From IMG/VR virus record IMGVR_UViG_2698536681_000012: 5,799 nt of DNA. One strand, given 5' to 3'. Positions within the stretch are counted from its first letter, which is position 1; the number at the start of each line of letters is the position of its first letter. A program made the position numbers and the translations under genes. Source of the DNA: a virus (taxonomy: Duplodnaviria; Heunggongvirae; Uroviricota; Caudoviricetes). Below the pieces are notes generated by a model. That model ran no database searches. It worked only from the letters and a program-made list of their open reading frames with translations, and was not told the DNA's origin. Of the stretch, positions 5,488 to 5,799 are shown piece by piece.

Positions 5488-5799
5488 GGCGTGGCGATGG
5501 AGATCATCAATAACGTGAGAGAAAACCGCCAGGTGACCGTCCCTGCTGAACTGCTGGCGTCCCTGATTCAGACCGCTGAACAGGCATTGTGGAANAAGAC
5601 GAAATCAGGGCAGTTCTTGATGCGGTGCACGATGCGGTACGCAGTGTCAGTTGCCGGGTGGCAGAAGATGCGCGGCGTATCAGGGCGGCGCTGACCACAA
5701 CCGGTCAGACGTTGCTGACCCGCCAGACGCGCCGCTTTCGCCTGGTTGTGAAGGAAAGCGATCACCCCTGCTGGCTCGATGAAGACGACGAAAACCTGC
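5488..5799 (+). CDS. Hypothetical protein, partial; apparent frame break at the ambiguous base 5595; runs off the window end
   Basis: 5488-5594 reads as coding in one frame (..[34 protein letters not shown]). From 5595 the protein-like frame is shifted by one ([68 protein letters not shown], open to the window end), while the original frame turns Arg/Gly/Trp-rich and stops at 5694. May be the same gene as 5190 or a separate one. Confidence 0.5.

Noticed and set aside
2291-5765. Minus-strand ORFs opposite the plus-strand genes (2291..2563, 2523..3074, 2560..3480, 3508..3720, 3536..3766, 3693..4112, 4088..4756, 5211..5510, 5507..5698, 5568..5765)
   Set aside because: These are antisense shadow frames of better-supported plus-strand genes or run through N-runs. 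Their translations are Ser/Arg/Cys-rich and they lack RBSs.

Overview
About 48% of this 5.8-kb window is N-masked (nine runs of 224-433 nt, an unmasked 3-nt island at 475-477, a single n at 5595), so most gene boundaries are hidden and every call rests on visible fragments. The layout is divergent. On the minus strand (5-1458) lies an SOS-regulated translesion-synthesis operon of the umuDC/mucAB/impCAB type: a canonical LexA box with an overlapping sigma70 promoter, the start of a small leader gene, an internal UmuD-like S24 peptidase fragment, and a UmuC-like Y-family polymerase fragment that ends prematurely. The intergenic region (1390-2168) holds a duplicated LexA-box/promoter module and a GC-rich region with nested long-range inverted repeats. 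On the plus strand (2169-5799) is a tightly packed operon: two tandem paralogous genes of unknown function, a Cys-containing acidic C-terminal fragment, a beta-class DNA methyltransferase with no visible restriction partner, a translationally coupled 73-aa ORF, and at least one further gene. Gene content suggests an enterobacterial conjugative-plasmid accessory or leading region (IncI/IncF-like); this is inference. The best candidate for an undescribed system is the plus-strand operon behind the structured element, possibly an early-expressed establishment or anti-defence module. No rRNA, tRNA or CRISPR array is visible. All protein comparisons are from memory; no searches were run.
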